Shown piece after piece: positions 1 to 9,633 of a stretch of 64,000 nt of DNA (position 1 is its first letter; every line of letters begins with the position of its first letter). The DNA is from Candidatus Woesearchaeota archaeon (lineage in GTDB: Archaea > Nanobdellota > Nanobdellia > Woesearchaeales > JAZDKJ01), in contig JAZDKJ010000006.1 in assembly GCA_043803105.1 (NCBI GenBank), positions 288,001-352,000 of the forward strand. Direction: 5' to 3'. The position numbers were made by a program, and so were the translations under genes. The notes beneath the pieces are model-generated. The model ran no database searches and was not told the origin of the DNA. It saw only the letters and a list, made by a program, of their open reading frames with translations.

Positions 1-1254
1 GACTTTGGTTGCAATATTCCTTAGTATAATCTTGTCCCTTTCTTTGTCCAGCTTGAGCCTTGCAGGCAATCTGAGACAGTATTCCACTAGCTTTGTGTCA
101 AGGAATGGTAACCTTAGCTCCAGGCTGTTGTGCATGGTTATTACGTCATCACGGTAGAGATCCCTCTCATATATCTTCAGCAATCCTGACAGGCACTCTT
201 TGTTTATATCAGAAGAGTTCTTGTGCCTTTGATATCCTGCGAATATCTCTTCTGAGCCAAGCCCTGAAAAAATTACCTTGCATCCATCCTTGTGTGCCTG
301 CCTGCACGCCAAAAAAAATGGTAGGGCCACTGCCACTTTGGTTACGTTTGTGTCCTCTATCAATGGGACTGCTTGCTGTAATAGCCTAGGAACCTCTTTT
401 TCTGTGGCATGCGTTACCTTGAGCTTTAGCCCAAGTTGTTTTGCTGCCTTCTTGGCATAACCTAAGTCTTCAGCGTGGTCTCCGACACATGCTGTGTAGC
501 AGTTAAACTTGCAACCCAATTCCTTCAATATCTTTGCAATGATTGTTGAATCAACCCCTCCTGAGAACAACAGCCCGAATTTCTTGTCAGGAACTCTCTT
601 GCGTATTGCCTCAAGCAACAGCTCCTGCACTTTCTCCTGTGCACCTTCCGGGTTCACTTCTTTGTCGGTCTTGAAGAACTTCCTGTCAACAAATGTCATC
701 TTGTCAGCAGCTAAATTATACACAACTATCTGTCGCGGATTAAGTTCAATTATGTCACCATACCCTAAATCTTCAAGCGCTTTCTTCTCAGATGCAAAGG
801 CAAACCCTTCTGAGTGGCTGTACCAAACTGGCTTTTCTCCGATTATGTCCCTCGCAAGCCAGAGTGTTTCTTCCTGTAGAAATGCGAAAGCATAGACTCC
901 GTCCAGTTGTTCTATAGGTTTTAAGCCGTGAACTTCCATCATCCTTTGTATAAGCTCAGCATCATTCCTTGCGTTATACTCTTTATTCAATTCCTTCCAA
1001 TTGTATATCTCGCAATTTGCCACAAAACAGTTTGCCAATGGTTGGTCAATCTTTCCAACGATCGAATGCAGCGCATGGCCAAGGATGTTTCTTGACTTTA
1101 GAACTGGGAGTTTTGAGGGCTTGCTTGCAAAGTAAGTCTTTTTGCCATCAGTTATTCCATACCCATCCTTCCCCCTCTTCTTTAATATCTCGAGGCCTCT
1201 CTTTATCTTTTGTCCCGCCTCTGGATTGTTGAATATTCCTATTATGCCGCACAT
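1..1254 (-). CDS. asnB: Asparagine synthetase B-like (Ntn glutamine amidotransferase + synthase); 3' end runs off the window
   Basis: Manual translation: MCGIIG N-terminus, RGKDGYG, NCEIYNW, LFSGGVDS, FSGLGSEEIFAGY. Confidence 0.85.
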   Translation of the reverse strand, partial: MCGIIGIFNNPEAGQKIKRGLEILKKRGKDGYGITDGKKTYFASKPSKLPVLKSRNILGHALHSIVGKIDQPLANCFVANCEIYNWKELNKEYNARNDAELIQRMMEVHGLKPIEQLDGVYAFAFLQEETLWLARDIIGEKPVWYSHSEGFAFASEKKALEDLGYGDIIELNPRQIVVYNLAADKMTFVDRKFFKTDKEVNPEGAQEKVQELLLEAIRKRVPDKKFGLLFSGGVDSTIIAKILKELGCKFNCYTACVGDHAEDLGYAKKAAKQLGLKLKVTHATEKEVPRLLQQAVPLIEDTNVTKVAVALPFFLACRQAHKDGCKVIFSGLGSEEIFAGYQRHKNSSDINKECLSGLLKIYERDLYRDDVITMHNSLELRLPFLDTKLVEYCLRLPARLKLDKERDKIILRNIATKV

Positions 1255-1332
1255 ATCCTACAAAGTTAAGGGAGCACTTTAAAAAGCTAGCGTTGACCAA
1301 GCTTTAAATATGGCTTACTGATTTGCCCTGGT

Positions 1333-2289
1333 ATGAAGAGCGCTTTGGTCGGCCTTTCATTGTTGATTGTGGGGTACCAGTCCATTAACCCATTTACAAC
1401 CCCTGTAGTTTCTGCGCAGGTGCAAAACGAGACATTAGAGGATAGGGTGTTGATGCAGGTCGACCGTGCCAAAAAGCTCCTGGATCTAGGTAGGGAAGAC
1501 CTTGCCTATGACCTGTTCAAGAGAGCTTTGTCTGTGATGGCATGCAGCCCATCAACTTTTAGGTTTGAAAATGTCCTTGACTGCCTTGATGGTTATGATA
1601 CGTCATTCCATACTTACATTGCGAAGAAGGTGTGCCTCAGCGTTGACAATAAGGAATCGCTTAAAGAGGCAAATGAGAAGATAGTCCGTTTCCAGGGTGA
1701 GAGGTATACCCTGACAGACAATCTGAAGGATATGAGCAACCTTGCCTACGTATTGCTCGATATAAAGAATAAGGATACCTTGCACTTCTACAAAAAGTTG
1801 GCTGACTTTCTGGGTGAGGATGAGCACCCGTACACCCTCTTGGTGTATTCGGCAGTCCGCAACTCTCTCTTGACTGCTTTAAAAGAATCAGTACGCAGCA
1901 AAGGAAACATTAGCGAAGGTTTTTCTATCTGCAAACTGCTTATCGACTATCCATCCAACCATGACGATTGGCAATCAGATTTCATCCTCTCTATTGCTAA
2001 AGAGCTTAGGCTTAACCGCGAACGTTTTGAGCAACTGCCTTGTACTCACAGCAAAGAGGTCTTATCTAACCAATTGAACCTTCTTAAGCAGTTTGCTTAT
2101 CTTGTTTTGAACGCTGTACCTACATTTGAAATGTTAAGAAAAGAGGATTACCAAACAGAAATGCGCCAGGTTGAGTTTGAGGTCGCTATCACTCAATTTT
2201 ACGTTGACTTTGCAATATCTTGTGTCCTGCGCAAGCCCTTGCCCACATCCCCACCAGGCAAGCCTCTTGATTTCTTGGACCTTGGTTAG
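1333..2289 (+). CDS. Hypothetical secreted helical protein
   Basis: 318-aa ORF with N-terminal hydrophobic signal; TTTAAATA upstream. Confidence 0.65.
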   Translation: MKSALVGLSLLIVGYQSINPFTTPVVSAQVQNETLEDRVLMQVDRAKKLLDLGREDLAYDLFKRALSVMACSPSTFRFENVLDCLDGYDTSFHTYIAKKVCLSVDNKESLKEANEKIVRFQGERYTLTDNLKDMSNLAYVLLDIKNKDTLHFYKKLADFLGEDEHPYTLLVYSAVRNSLLTALKESVRSKGNISEGFSICKLLIDYPSNHDDWQSDFILSIAKELRLNRERFEQLPCTHSKEVLSNQLNLLKQFAYLVLNAVPTFEMLRKEDYQTEMRQVEFEVAITQFYVDFAISCVLRKPLPTSPPGKPLDFLDLG

Positions 2290-2380
2290 GACCATCGATG
2301 AAGCAAATTTTTGTGCCAGAGTTCTTCTTCTAAAAACCTTTAAATATCATCCAACAAAACTCTGTTAAAGTTTACCAATT

Positions 2381-2521
2381 GCGGGAGTGCCGGAGTGGCC
2401 AAATGATGCCTAGAAAGCTTCAGGCTTGACGGGTACGGTTCAGGGCCGTATGGCTTAGACAATTCAAGGGCTTCCTTGTCTTGGAGCAGTGCCTACGAGG
2501 GTTCGAACCCCTTCTCCCGCA
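2381..2521 (+). tRNA. tRNA-Leu(CAG) with two non-canonical introns (2403-2428 in D-loop; 2459-2489 in variable arm)
   Basis: GCGGGAG/CTCCCGC acceptor, TACGG-TTCAGGG-CCGTA anticodon arm, GAGGGTTCGAACCCCTT T-arm; BHB-like helices GGCC/GGCT and GCTT/GAGC with 3-nt bulges. Confidence 0.92.
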
Positions 2522-2569
2522 TTTTGTTCTTCTGAATTTTGTAAAATCCTAGTTACCTTGAATCCAATA

Positions 2570-2611
2570 ATTGTCCACAAAAACGAAATATTTATATATA
2601 ATGTGGACAAT
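2570..2611. promoter_or_regulatory. Inverted repeat ATTGTCCACA-N22-TGTGGACAAT flanking the TATA box of Fic gene 1 (candidate operator)
   Basis: Perfect 10-bp inverted repeat on either side of TTTATATA. Confidence 0.55.
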
Positions 2612-2620
2612 ACTATCCTT

Positions 2621-3529
2621 ATGGCATATATCGATAGAGTCAAATCCGGGAAAAAGACCTTCTATTACCTTGGGAAGACAATAAGGTTGGGCCAAAAGGA
2701 ATGGAAGAAGATAAGGATTAAACTAGGTGAAAAAGAGCCCACAAAGGAAGAAATCGCAGCCAAACTCAAGGATTTGAGACTTGAGCAATACAAAGTCTAT
2801 AATGAGGAATACCTTGATGCAGCGAAACTTGAGGTCATTGATGATTTCAGAGAGGTTTATCAAAACCATGTCAAGACTATCCCGAAGACAGTCCTTGAAA
2901 AGGAGGAAAATGCCTTTGTTATTAGGTTCACCTACAACTCAAATGCCATTGAAGGCAATAGGCTGACTTTACGAGATACTTACCTTATCATCAAGGAAAA
3001 ACAAATTCCATCAGGCGCTCCTCCAAAGGACTACAATGAAGCCATCAATGGCAGGGAAGCCTTTGACTTCATTAAGGAATACACGGGCAAGCTGACGATA
3101 GAGTTTATCGAAAAACTGAACGGCATCCTCACAAAGAACACAGGAGTGATTTATCCTGGAAGGGTGCGCTTCTTTCCGGTAAAGATCGAAGGAACGGAAT
3201 ATCAGCCGCCTGATGAAAAGGACGTGCCAAAACTACTGAAAAAGATGATTACATTCTATGACGAAAACAAACGAAAGATACATCCGTTTGTTTTGGCTTG
3301 CCTGATTCATGCGCAATTTGTTGAAATCCATCCTTTTGAAGATGGAAACGGGAGAACAGGCAGGGCACTGATGAACTGGGTCTTGCTGCAATCAGACTAT
3401 CCCAAGCTGTTTGTCCCGGTCAAGCTGCGGCCAAAATATTATGAGGCCATTGATCTGCACAATGCAGGAAATGTTAAAGGATATTGCGAAAAGATGTTTG
3501 AGATAGTTGTTGAGCAATTCACCTTGTGA
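2621..3529 (+). CDS. Fic family protein with N-terminal inhibitory motif
   Basis: HPFEDGNGRTGR Fic motif; SNAIEGN inhibitory helix; ATG at 2621 after TATA. Confidence 0.93.
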   Translation: MAYIDRVKSGKKTFYYLGKTIRLGQKEWKKIRIKLGEKEPTKEEIAAKLKDLRLEQYKVYNEEYLDAAKLEVIDDFREVYQNHVKTIPKTVLEKEENAFVIRFTYNSNAIEGNRLTLRDTYLIIKEKQIPSGAPPKDYNEAINGREAFDFIKEYTGKLTIEFIEKLNGILTKNTGVIYPGRVRFFPVKIEGTEYQPPDEKDVPKLLKKMITFYDENKRKIHPFVLACLIHAQFVEIHPFEDGNGRTGRALMNWVLLQSDYPKLFVPVKLRPKYYEAIDLHNAGNVKGYCEKMFEIVVEQFTL

Positions 3530-3669
3530 GGCCAAGAGTGGTAGCAACAATATCGCCGCATCCAACGATACGGTTGCTGTGCTTCTAACATACGTCCTCT
3601 CTCCAAAACTGCTATTGTCAAAAGAAAGATTTATATACACAGTATATATTAATGTATACGTGATGTAAC

Positions 3670-3897
3670 ATGGTACAAGCTGTGATAGATATTGATGAGA
3701 ACACCAACAGGGTCCTGAATATTGTGAAAGCTAAACACGGGCTCAAAGATAAATCTCAGGCCATTAATCTTGTTGTGACTGAATACGAAGAGAGTTTTCT
3801 CGAACCCGAATTAAGACCTGAGTACAAGAACAAGCTTGCCAAGATTTTGAAAGGTAGACACCTTTCCAGAGCAGAACTTGAGGGAGAGGCAAAATAA
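3670..3897 (+). CDS. Antitoxin (DUF2683-like, RHH-type)
   Basis: MVQAVIDIDENTNRVLNIVKAKHGLKDKSQAI...EPELRPEY; directly upstream of RelE-like toxin. Confidence 0.8.
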   Translation: MVQAVIDIDENTNRVLNIVKAKHGLKDKSQAINLVVTEYEESFLEPELRPEYKNKLAKILKGRHLSRAELEGEAK

Positions 3898-4164
3898 TTG
3901 TATGCAGACCAATACAGTGAAGAAATTACTGATAAATTAGGCAGGCTCAAGAAGAAAGACACTAAACAATATCAAATTGTTTTCAAAAAGATTGATTGGA
4001 TCCTCGCAAATCCAAATCACAGATATAAAGATCTTCACCACAGCATGAAAGGGTTGCAACGCGTCCACCTGGGGCATTTCGTCCTGGTCTTTAGGATAGA
4101 CCATGCCAACAAGATTGTTTCTTTTGAAGACTATGACCATCACGATAAGATATACATAACTTGA
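3898..4164 (+). CDS. RelE/ParE family toxin
   Basis: 88 aa, basic, LQRVHLGHFVLVF...DHHDKIY. Confidence 0.85.
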   Translation: MYADQYSEEITDKLGRLKKKDTKQYQIVFKKIDWILANPNHRYKDLHHSMKGLQRVHLGHFVLVFRIDHANKIVSFEDYDHHDKIYIT

Positions 4165-4282
4165 AAGAGCAATATCGTCCGCATCCAACTGTACGGTCGC
4201 CACGCTTCTCATGCACATTTTAACTCCTATTGTAGTCACCCAAAATAGTAAGACTTAAATATGTAGTCACCTTACATATCCT

Positions 4283-5224
4283 ATGCATGTAGAAATCAGA
4301 AAAAAAGGAAAAAAGACCAAATATTACTTGGCACATTCCTTCAGGGAAGGGGGAAAAGTCCGAAAGATTCGGAAATACCTTGGGGAAGGCATTTCTAAAG
4401 ACCAGATTAAGGAAAAGCTGCAAAAAGCAGAATGGCAGATAAAAGAAACACTAAAAATCTATAATGAGATAAAAGACCCTCTAAAAAACTTGCTAACGAA
4501 TGAAGAGTTGGATCATTTGAAGATGCTAAGCTTTGATATTGGGCTAAAAATACAGCATCTTTCCGAAAAAGACTGGCAAAGGTTTGCCGAGGCCTTTACC
4601 TACGACACAAATGCCATAGAAGGATCAACAGTCACACTAGGGGAAGTAAAGAATATCATTGAGGGGAAGGAATGGCCAAGAGATGCGTCCAAGGAAGACA
4701 TCGCAGAGACATATGGGGTGGCAGAAGCAGTGCATTACATCAGGCAAACCAAAGAGCATGTTTCCATCAACCTCATAAAGAAACTGCACAGTATAGTATT
4801 TGCAAACTCAAAGCATTTTGCCGGAAAACTGAGGCCTAAGGGGGTTGAGGTCGTGATTCGGGATGGCAGGGGGAACATAGTCCATCAAGGTGCACCTGCA
4901 ACAAAGATCACCGCGTTGATAAGAGAACTTGCTGGTTGGTATGAGGTAAACAAGGCAAATTACCACCCAATCATCCTGGCTGCGGTTATCCATAATCAGT
5001 TTGAAAGCATTCATCCATTTCAGGATGGAAACGGAAGGGTGGGAAGGTTGCTTCTCAACAACATCCTGATAAAACATGGTTTGCCTCCAGTCAATATAGA
5101 GCTGAAGAACCGTGCGGAATATTATACCTCGCTCCAGGAATACCAGAGCAATGGCAATTTGAGGCCAACGATAGATTTGATTCTTAAGGAATACAAAATC
5201 CTTAAGAGACATCTTAAGAGGTGA
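4283..5224 (+). CDS. Fic family protein 2
   Basis: HPFQDGNGRVGR; TNAIEGS inhibitory motif. Confidence 0.93.
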   Translation: MHVEIRKKGKKTKYYLAHSFREGGKVRKIRKYLGEGISKDQIKEKLQKAEWQIKETLKIYNEIKDPLKNLLTNEELDHLKMLSFDIGLKIQHLSEKDWQRFAEAFTYDTNAIEGSTVTLGEVKNIIEGKEWPRDASKEDIAETYGVAEAVHYIRQTKEHVSINLIKKLHSIVFANSKHFAGKLRPKGVEVVIRDGRGNIVHQGAPATKITALIRELAGWYEVNKANYHPIILAAVIHNQFESIHPFQDGNGRVGRLLLNNILIKHGLPPVNIELKNRAEYYTSLQEYQSNGNLRPTIDLILKEYKILKRHLKR

Positions 5225-5258
5225 CTACAAAATGATGATTGTGTAGTCACCCAAAAGA

Positions 5259-5360
5259 GTGAATGGTAAGAAGATGTCGAAGTCCGATGGGAATTTTTAC
5301 ACAGTGCAGGATCTTGTTGACAGGGGTTTTAGCCCTGAAGCGATCAGGTATGCACTTTGG
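5259..5360 (+). pseudogene. Isolated fragment of a class I aminoacyl-tRNA synthetase (CysRS-like KMSKS region)
   Basis: Translates VNGKKMSKSDGNFYTVQDLVDRGFSPEAIRYAL. Confidence 0.8.
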
Positions 5361-5385
5361 GTACAAATTCTCTGGTGACTAATCT

Positions 5386-5934
5386 TTAATGTAGGAGGAG
5401 TCGGATTGCCTCATACTTGTTTTTCACTGCTTTCTTCTGGCCAGGTGATAATTTTTGCCATGACTTCTGGTATTTTTTAAGGACCCATTCCTTGGCTTTA
5501 TCATGATTGAACCCGTTTATGCTGTAACCTTGGAATGCTTGAAGTACAAAATGGTCGAAATGGGATAGTGCATCAGCGTCTGTCAATGCGGTAGCTTCCT
5601 TCGATTTGAGGTCATCTAGCAGATCATGCTTCGATATACAATCCTTGACCCTCTTGATCATGGCCTTATCATAATGCAATTCCTCGAGTATCTTTGCAGC
5701 CTCTCTTGCCCCTGTTTTACTGTGAGATTTGAAGTCACCGCCCTTGATCAGATCGATATCATGTAACCATGCTGCCAATTCCACAATTCTTGGGTCTGCA
5801 CCATTTCTAGCTGCGAGCTTCTTTGCATATCGCACAGTGGACTTGATGTGGCTTTCCCAGTCAATCTTGTCGTTAAGACCTTGAGTTTCTTTTGTCCTGC
5901 AGAGCCTCAGCACAACATCTTCTACATCTCTCAT
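5386..5934 (-). CDS. HD domain phosphohydrolase
   Basis: H...AAWLHDID...H...DADALSHFD. Confidence 0.85.
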   Translation of the reverse strand: MRDVEDVVLRLCRTKETQGLNDKIDWESHIKSTVRYAKKLAARNGADPRIVELAAWLHDIDLIKGGDFKSHSKTGAREAAKILEELHYDKAMIKRVKDCISKHDLLDDLKSKEATALTDADALSHFDHFVLQAFQGYSINGFNHDKAKEWVLKKYQKSWQKLSPGQKKAVKNKYEAIRLLLH

Positions 5935-6107
5935 GGCACACCTTATGTTGCTGGCATTTATTAAATTATTGTTTGCAGATGCCTGTTTTTATGATTTTTC
6001 GTACTACTTGATGCAGTTAAAACAAATTTACCTTTCTGATCAAAAAAATCGATTGACTCGTTTGACATATAGTCTCTCATAGCGTTTTATTTCAATAATC
6101 TTTCGTT

Positions 6108-6411
6108 TCATTTCGGAATGCACCGATAATCCTGAATGTCCAACACCCAGCAATCTCCAGTCTTTACCACTTTATTATCCTTTAGGTAGATCTTTCCGTG
6201 GAACAAGGGGCTGTCGGTCACAAACGTGTGAAATTCACCGTATTCTCCACAAGGGTCTAACCCCTTCCCTTTTAAATACGCAATGAACTGTTCATCAAAC
6301 TTCTTTCCAACCCAGCCCATGTCTATGAGTGCCGCATTTACACAAATGATGTATGCTTCAATCCCCGATCTAATAGTCTCCCTTGCTAATTCTTCGGTGT
6401 TTTCATTCGCA
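6108..6411 (-). pseudogene. 5'-truncated diphthine-ammonia ligase / ATP pyrophosphatase (Dph6 family) C-terminal fragment
   Basis: EAYIICVNA...DPCGEYGEFHTFVTDSPLF; N-terminal SGGKDS half absent. Confidence 0.8.
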
Positions 6412-6445
6412 AACTTTAAATACTTATAACTAATTATAACAACTT

Positions 6446-6670
6446 ATGGCAACAACAATACAAGTCTCAGATAGGGTAAAGCAGACTCTTGACAGGATGA
6501 AACTCTATGAACGAGAAAGCTATAATGACGTGATTGAGAACCTGATTGAGGATCATCTGGAACTGAACGAAGACACGAAGAAACAGATTGAAGAAGCAAG
6601 AAAAAGAATCAAGTCTGGCAAATTCGTGACACAGGAAGAGATAGAGAGACGACTCCAATGTTCAAGATAG
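6446..6670 (+). CDS. Antitoxin (RHH/CopG-like, RelB-type)
   Basis: MATTIQVS...ESYNDVI...IKSGKFVTQEEI; overlaps toxin start. Confidence 0.8.
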   Translation: MATTIQVSDRVKQTLDRMKLYERESYNDVIENLIEDHLELNEDTKKQIEEARKRIKSGKFVTQEEIERRLQCSR

Positions 6671-6906
6671 TCTGGGACGCGAAGGCATTCCAGGAGCTTG
6701 AAAAGCTGGAATCCACTGTTTCTCGCAGGATACTTAAGAAAGTGAGGCAGCTGGAGGAAGACCCTTTCGCAAAAGACGTCAAGAAGCTAAAAGGCAGTGA
6801 TGGCTTCAGGCTGCGTATTGGTGATTATAGAGTTATCTTTGCGGTTGATAGCGGGCAAATCCAAGTTCTAAAAGTAGGTCATAAGAAGAACATCTACAAG
6901 GACTAA
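6658..6906 (+). CDS. relE: RelE family toxin
   Basis: VKKLKG..FRLRIGDYRVIF...VGHKKNIY. Confidence 0.9.
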   Translation: MFKIVWDAKAFQELEKLESTVSRRILKKVRQLEEDPFAKDVKKLKGSDGFRLRIGDYRVIFAVDSGQIQVLKVGHKKNIYKD

Positions 6907-6962
6907 GACCTTTGGAGACTCCTCTCCGCATCCAACTATAAGGTTGCTGCGCTTCTCGGGCA

Positions 6963-8108
6963 TTATGCCTTTTTCCCAAGCAGCTGTGCAGCGTATTCGT
7001 CCATGACTGAAGAACTTTCAGGGCTGACTTTCCTCTCAAGCTCTTGCAATTCATAGTAAACCATCTTCAGCTTTCTAATGGCTTTGGGATGGGTTCCTTC
7101 CTTAACTGCAGCCTGGAGACCCTTCGTGTAGTCAGCCAGGTCGCTGGCAAACCCCAAGTCCGGCAGTTTTTTTACCAGATTTTCTAGCGGATCCATTTCC
7201 GGCCGGTTTCCGAATTTGCTGTGAAGCTCTGCGTATTTCCGAACAAATGACTTAATAACTGCAAGATAATCTCTCAAGTTACTAACCTCTTCGCGTGAAA
7301 GCCTAAGAGCATTCTCCGCTTCGAGCTTTCTATCGAATTTCTTGATCTGTTGGTGGCTCCTCTCCATAAAAATTTTCGAATTCGAAAGTTCATTCTCATA
7401 GTGTCTGCCGATTGGGACAAAATGTGGCTTATATCCCTTTGCTTTGAAGAATTCGGCAAGGCAAGTTGAAATGTAATCCATTTTCTCAGCCATGCTCCAA
7501 TCGCTATGGATTTGAAAGCGCAATCCATTGTATCCAAAAGGGGCATTCATTACCTTCTCGAGGCAGAACGTTGTGAGCGGCTCGCGTTCAGACCTTGGGA
7601 GTTGTCTTGCATTCTGCAGATGATATTCTTTATTGTCTTGAACAGCATCAAAAAATTTTCTGAATTCTTCAATTATTTTTGGTCTTTCTCCCTTGTCTTC
7701 ATAGAAAAAGTACATGTCGTTATTCTGCACTTCAGGCAGCGGCCAATCGTCAACTTTATTTATGCTGAGATTGATAACTAACTTTATAGCTGCGTCTTTT
7801 TCCGTGGTTGGAATCTTGAAATATTCCTGTCTGGCTATTGAGCTATGGTCAATTTGATCAAACGTGAAAGCTGGTCTCCCAGTCTTGTAGTTCATAACCA
7901 GCTTTACTGCTGTTTTGCCTTCTAGGTCTTGGCGTTTTAAGGTAGGAACGTCCCCATATTTAGCAGCATAATACACCCTTATTGTGTCCTTAAGCTCAAC
8001 TAATTTTTTTTTCCAGAATTTTTCTGCGTTTGAATTGGTTTCCAGATTTTCATAATAGTGACTAAGTCTGTAAAGATGTTCCTCAAGGTTCATTTTTGTT
8101 TTTGACAT
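6963..8108 (-). CDS. Hypothetical protein (cassette between repeats 3 and 4)
   Basis: 381-aa ORF with TATA upstream. Confidence 0.7.
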   Translation of the reverse strand: MSKTKMNLEEHLYRLSHYYENLETNSNAEKFWKKKLVELKDTIRVYYAAKYGDVPTLKRQDLEGKTAVKLVMNYKTGRPAFTFDQIDHSSIARQEYFKIPTTEKDAAIKLVINLSINKVDDWPLPEVQNNDMYFFYEDKGERPKIIEEFRKFFDAVQDNKEYHLQNARQLPRSEREPLTTFCLEKVMNAPFGYNGLRFQIHSDWSMAEKMDYISTCLAEFFKAKGYKPHFVPIGRHYENELSNSKIFMERSHQQIKKFDRKLEAENALRLSREEVSNLRDYLAVIKSFVRKYAELHSKFGNRPEMDPLENLVKKLPDLGFASDLADYTKGLQAAVKEGTHPKAIRKLKMVYYELQELERKVSPESSSVMDEYAAQLLGKKA

Positions 8109-8434
8109 CGGCGAATCACTTACTATTTAAAACAAAACAAAGAAGGAGGCACGCTTACTTCTTATATAGCTTTCTCCTTGTCGGTTACCGCATCCAACTA
8201 TATGGTTGCTGCGCTTCTCCCGCATTTTTTTGTGTAATCCAATATCAGTGTAAAGCCTTTTGGACATAACAATAAAACCATGATTTGGTCTGTGGAACGG
8301 TACCTGCCAAGAGGATATTCTTCTGCTGAATCTTTTCTCTCGTTCTTCGCAAGATTCGTATGATTGATATGAACAAGTAGCATAGAGCCAAAAAAGCAAT
8401 ATTATTATATATTAATATTGGAGGTCAGACTCAT

Positions 8435-9511
8435 ATGGAGATTTCAGATAACGACTTAGACTTCTTAAGAGAAACAGCGAGGCCTTGGAAACATTATCTG
8501 CAATATTATAAGGAATATATTCAATTGGCTCAAGGACTTGAGGAAATTGATGTGGACCCACACTATTTCAATAGGGCAGAGAGACGAAAGCGGATTATGA
8601 TAGAATTCTTAAATAGATTTCGCATTGACGATTTCACCGGCGATTTACGGAGCCTTAGGAAATCGCTAAAGTCAGGCATTCTCGTCGGTTGGAAAAAAAA
8701 GAAGTTACTAAAAGGAATAGACCGATGGGCAGTAATTGGGATTGTCCAAGAATCCATGCTGGATCTTCGTTGGTTGGTTCATTTGAGAGATAGCAATTTT
8801 AATGAGGGAAAACCCTTGGAGTTACGTTTGAGAATATCGAGTAGGGATTGTCAGGAATTTCTTAACATCTTGACCAAAAATTATGAAGTTCTGGAACATA
8901 TGATACAAATTGAGGACTCACGTATTGCATTTTGGAATTCGGTCAAGAGCGAATGCGCCAGAAAGAGACTAAATATTTTTGGACAAGCCCTGTCAGTCCA
9001 TGCAACCAGTTATAATTGGACTGTCAGGGAAATAATGAGATTTCGCCGTATAGGATTAATGTCCCCAAACGAGATTGGAAGGGTAGGAAAGGGAAGCTGG
9101 GCAGGTAGTCATTTTCCGTCTTGCATTTCTCTGTGTTTTAATGAAAGTGGTTATCAACGCTACGAAAAGGGGAGGGTTAACTTCATCATAGACCCTAGTT
9201 TCGTAAGAGGTAGTAATCAATTCTTTTACATAGGCGACAAGCCTGATGACAAAGGACGGCAGGTACTGGCCCAGGCAGGAATCGGAATTGAGCAGGGCAC
9301 TCGTTTTTGCCGAGATTATGGACCCAATCCTGGTTTCCATAATGAGGTTCTTTCATTGATGCCAATCCCTTTTGAAGCCATAATCGGAATTGTCATTGAA
9401 CCAGAGCATCTAGCGGATATTTCTCCATTTTTACTTAAGTTTGCGGAAAGAGACTACAAAAATGCCATTCCAGTCTATGATTTTGACGGGAATATGATAT
9501 GGCCTGTCTAA
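8435..9511 (+). CDS. Hypothetical protein with C-terminal ADP-ribosyltransferase-like (DarT/Tpt1-fold) pattern
   Basis: HAT...I...GLMS, ISL, FIID, NEVL...IP...IIGIVI; GGAGG RBS. Confidence 0.55.
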   Translation: MEISDNDLDFLRETARPWKHYLQYYKEYIQLAQGLEEIDVDPHYFNRAERRKRIMIEFLNRFRIDDFTGDLRSLRKSLKSGILVGWKKKKLLKGIDRWAVIGIVQESMLDLRWLVHLRDSNFNEGKPLELRLRISSRDCQEFLNILTKNYEVLEHMIQIEDSRIAFWNSVKSECARKRLNIFGQALSVHATSYNWTVREIMRFRRIGLMSPNEIGRVGKGSWAGSHFPSCISLCFNESGYQRYEKGRVNFIIDPSFVRGSNQFFYIGDKPDDKGRQVLAQAGIGIEQGTRFCRDYGPNPGFHNEVLSLMPIPFEAIIGIVIEPEHLADISPFLLKFAERDYKNAIPVYDFDGNMIWPV

Positions 9512-9633
9512 TTTTTTTGATTAAATATGTCCTCCAAGAGTGAAACAACACTATGCCTGGGGTTCGAACTATACGGTTGCTGCGCTTCTCCCGCATTATT
9601 TTTGTTTATGGGTTCCTCTACCTTTGGCTGCCT

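Noticed and set aside
93-1232. + strand ORFs at the window start
   Set aside because: Antisense shadows of asnB
2489-2620. N-terminal extension of Fic1 in the ORF track
   Set aside because: Overlaps tRNA-Leu and the promoter; ATG 2621 preferred
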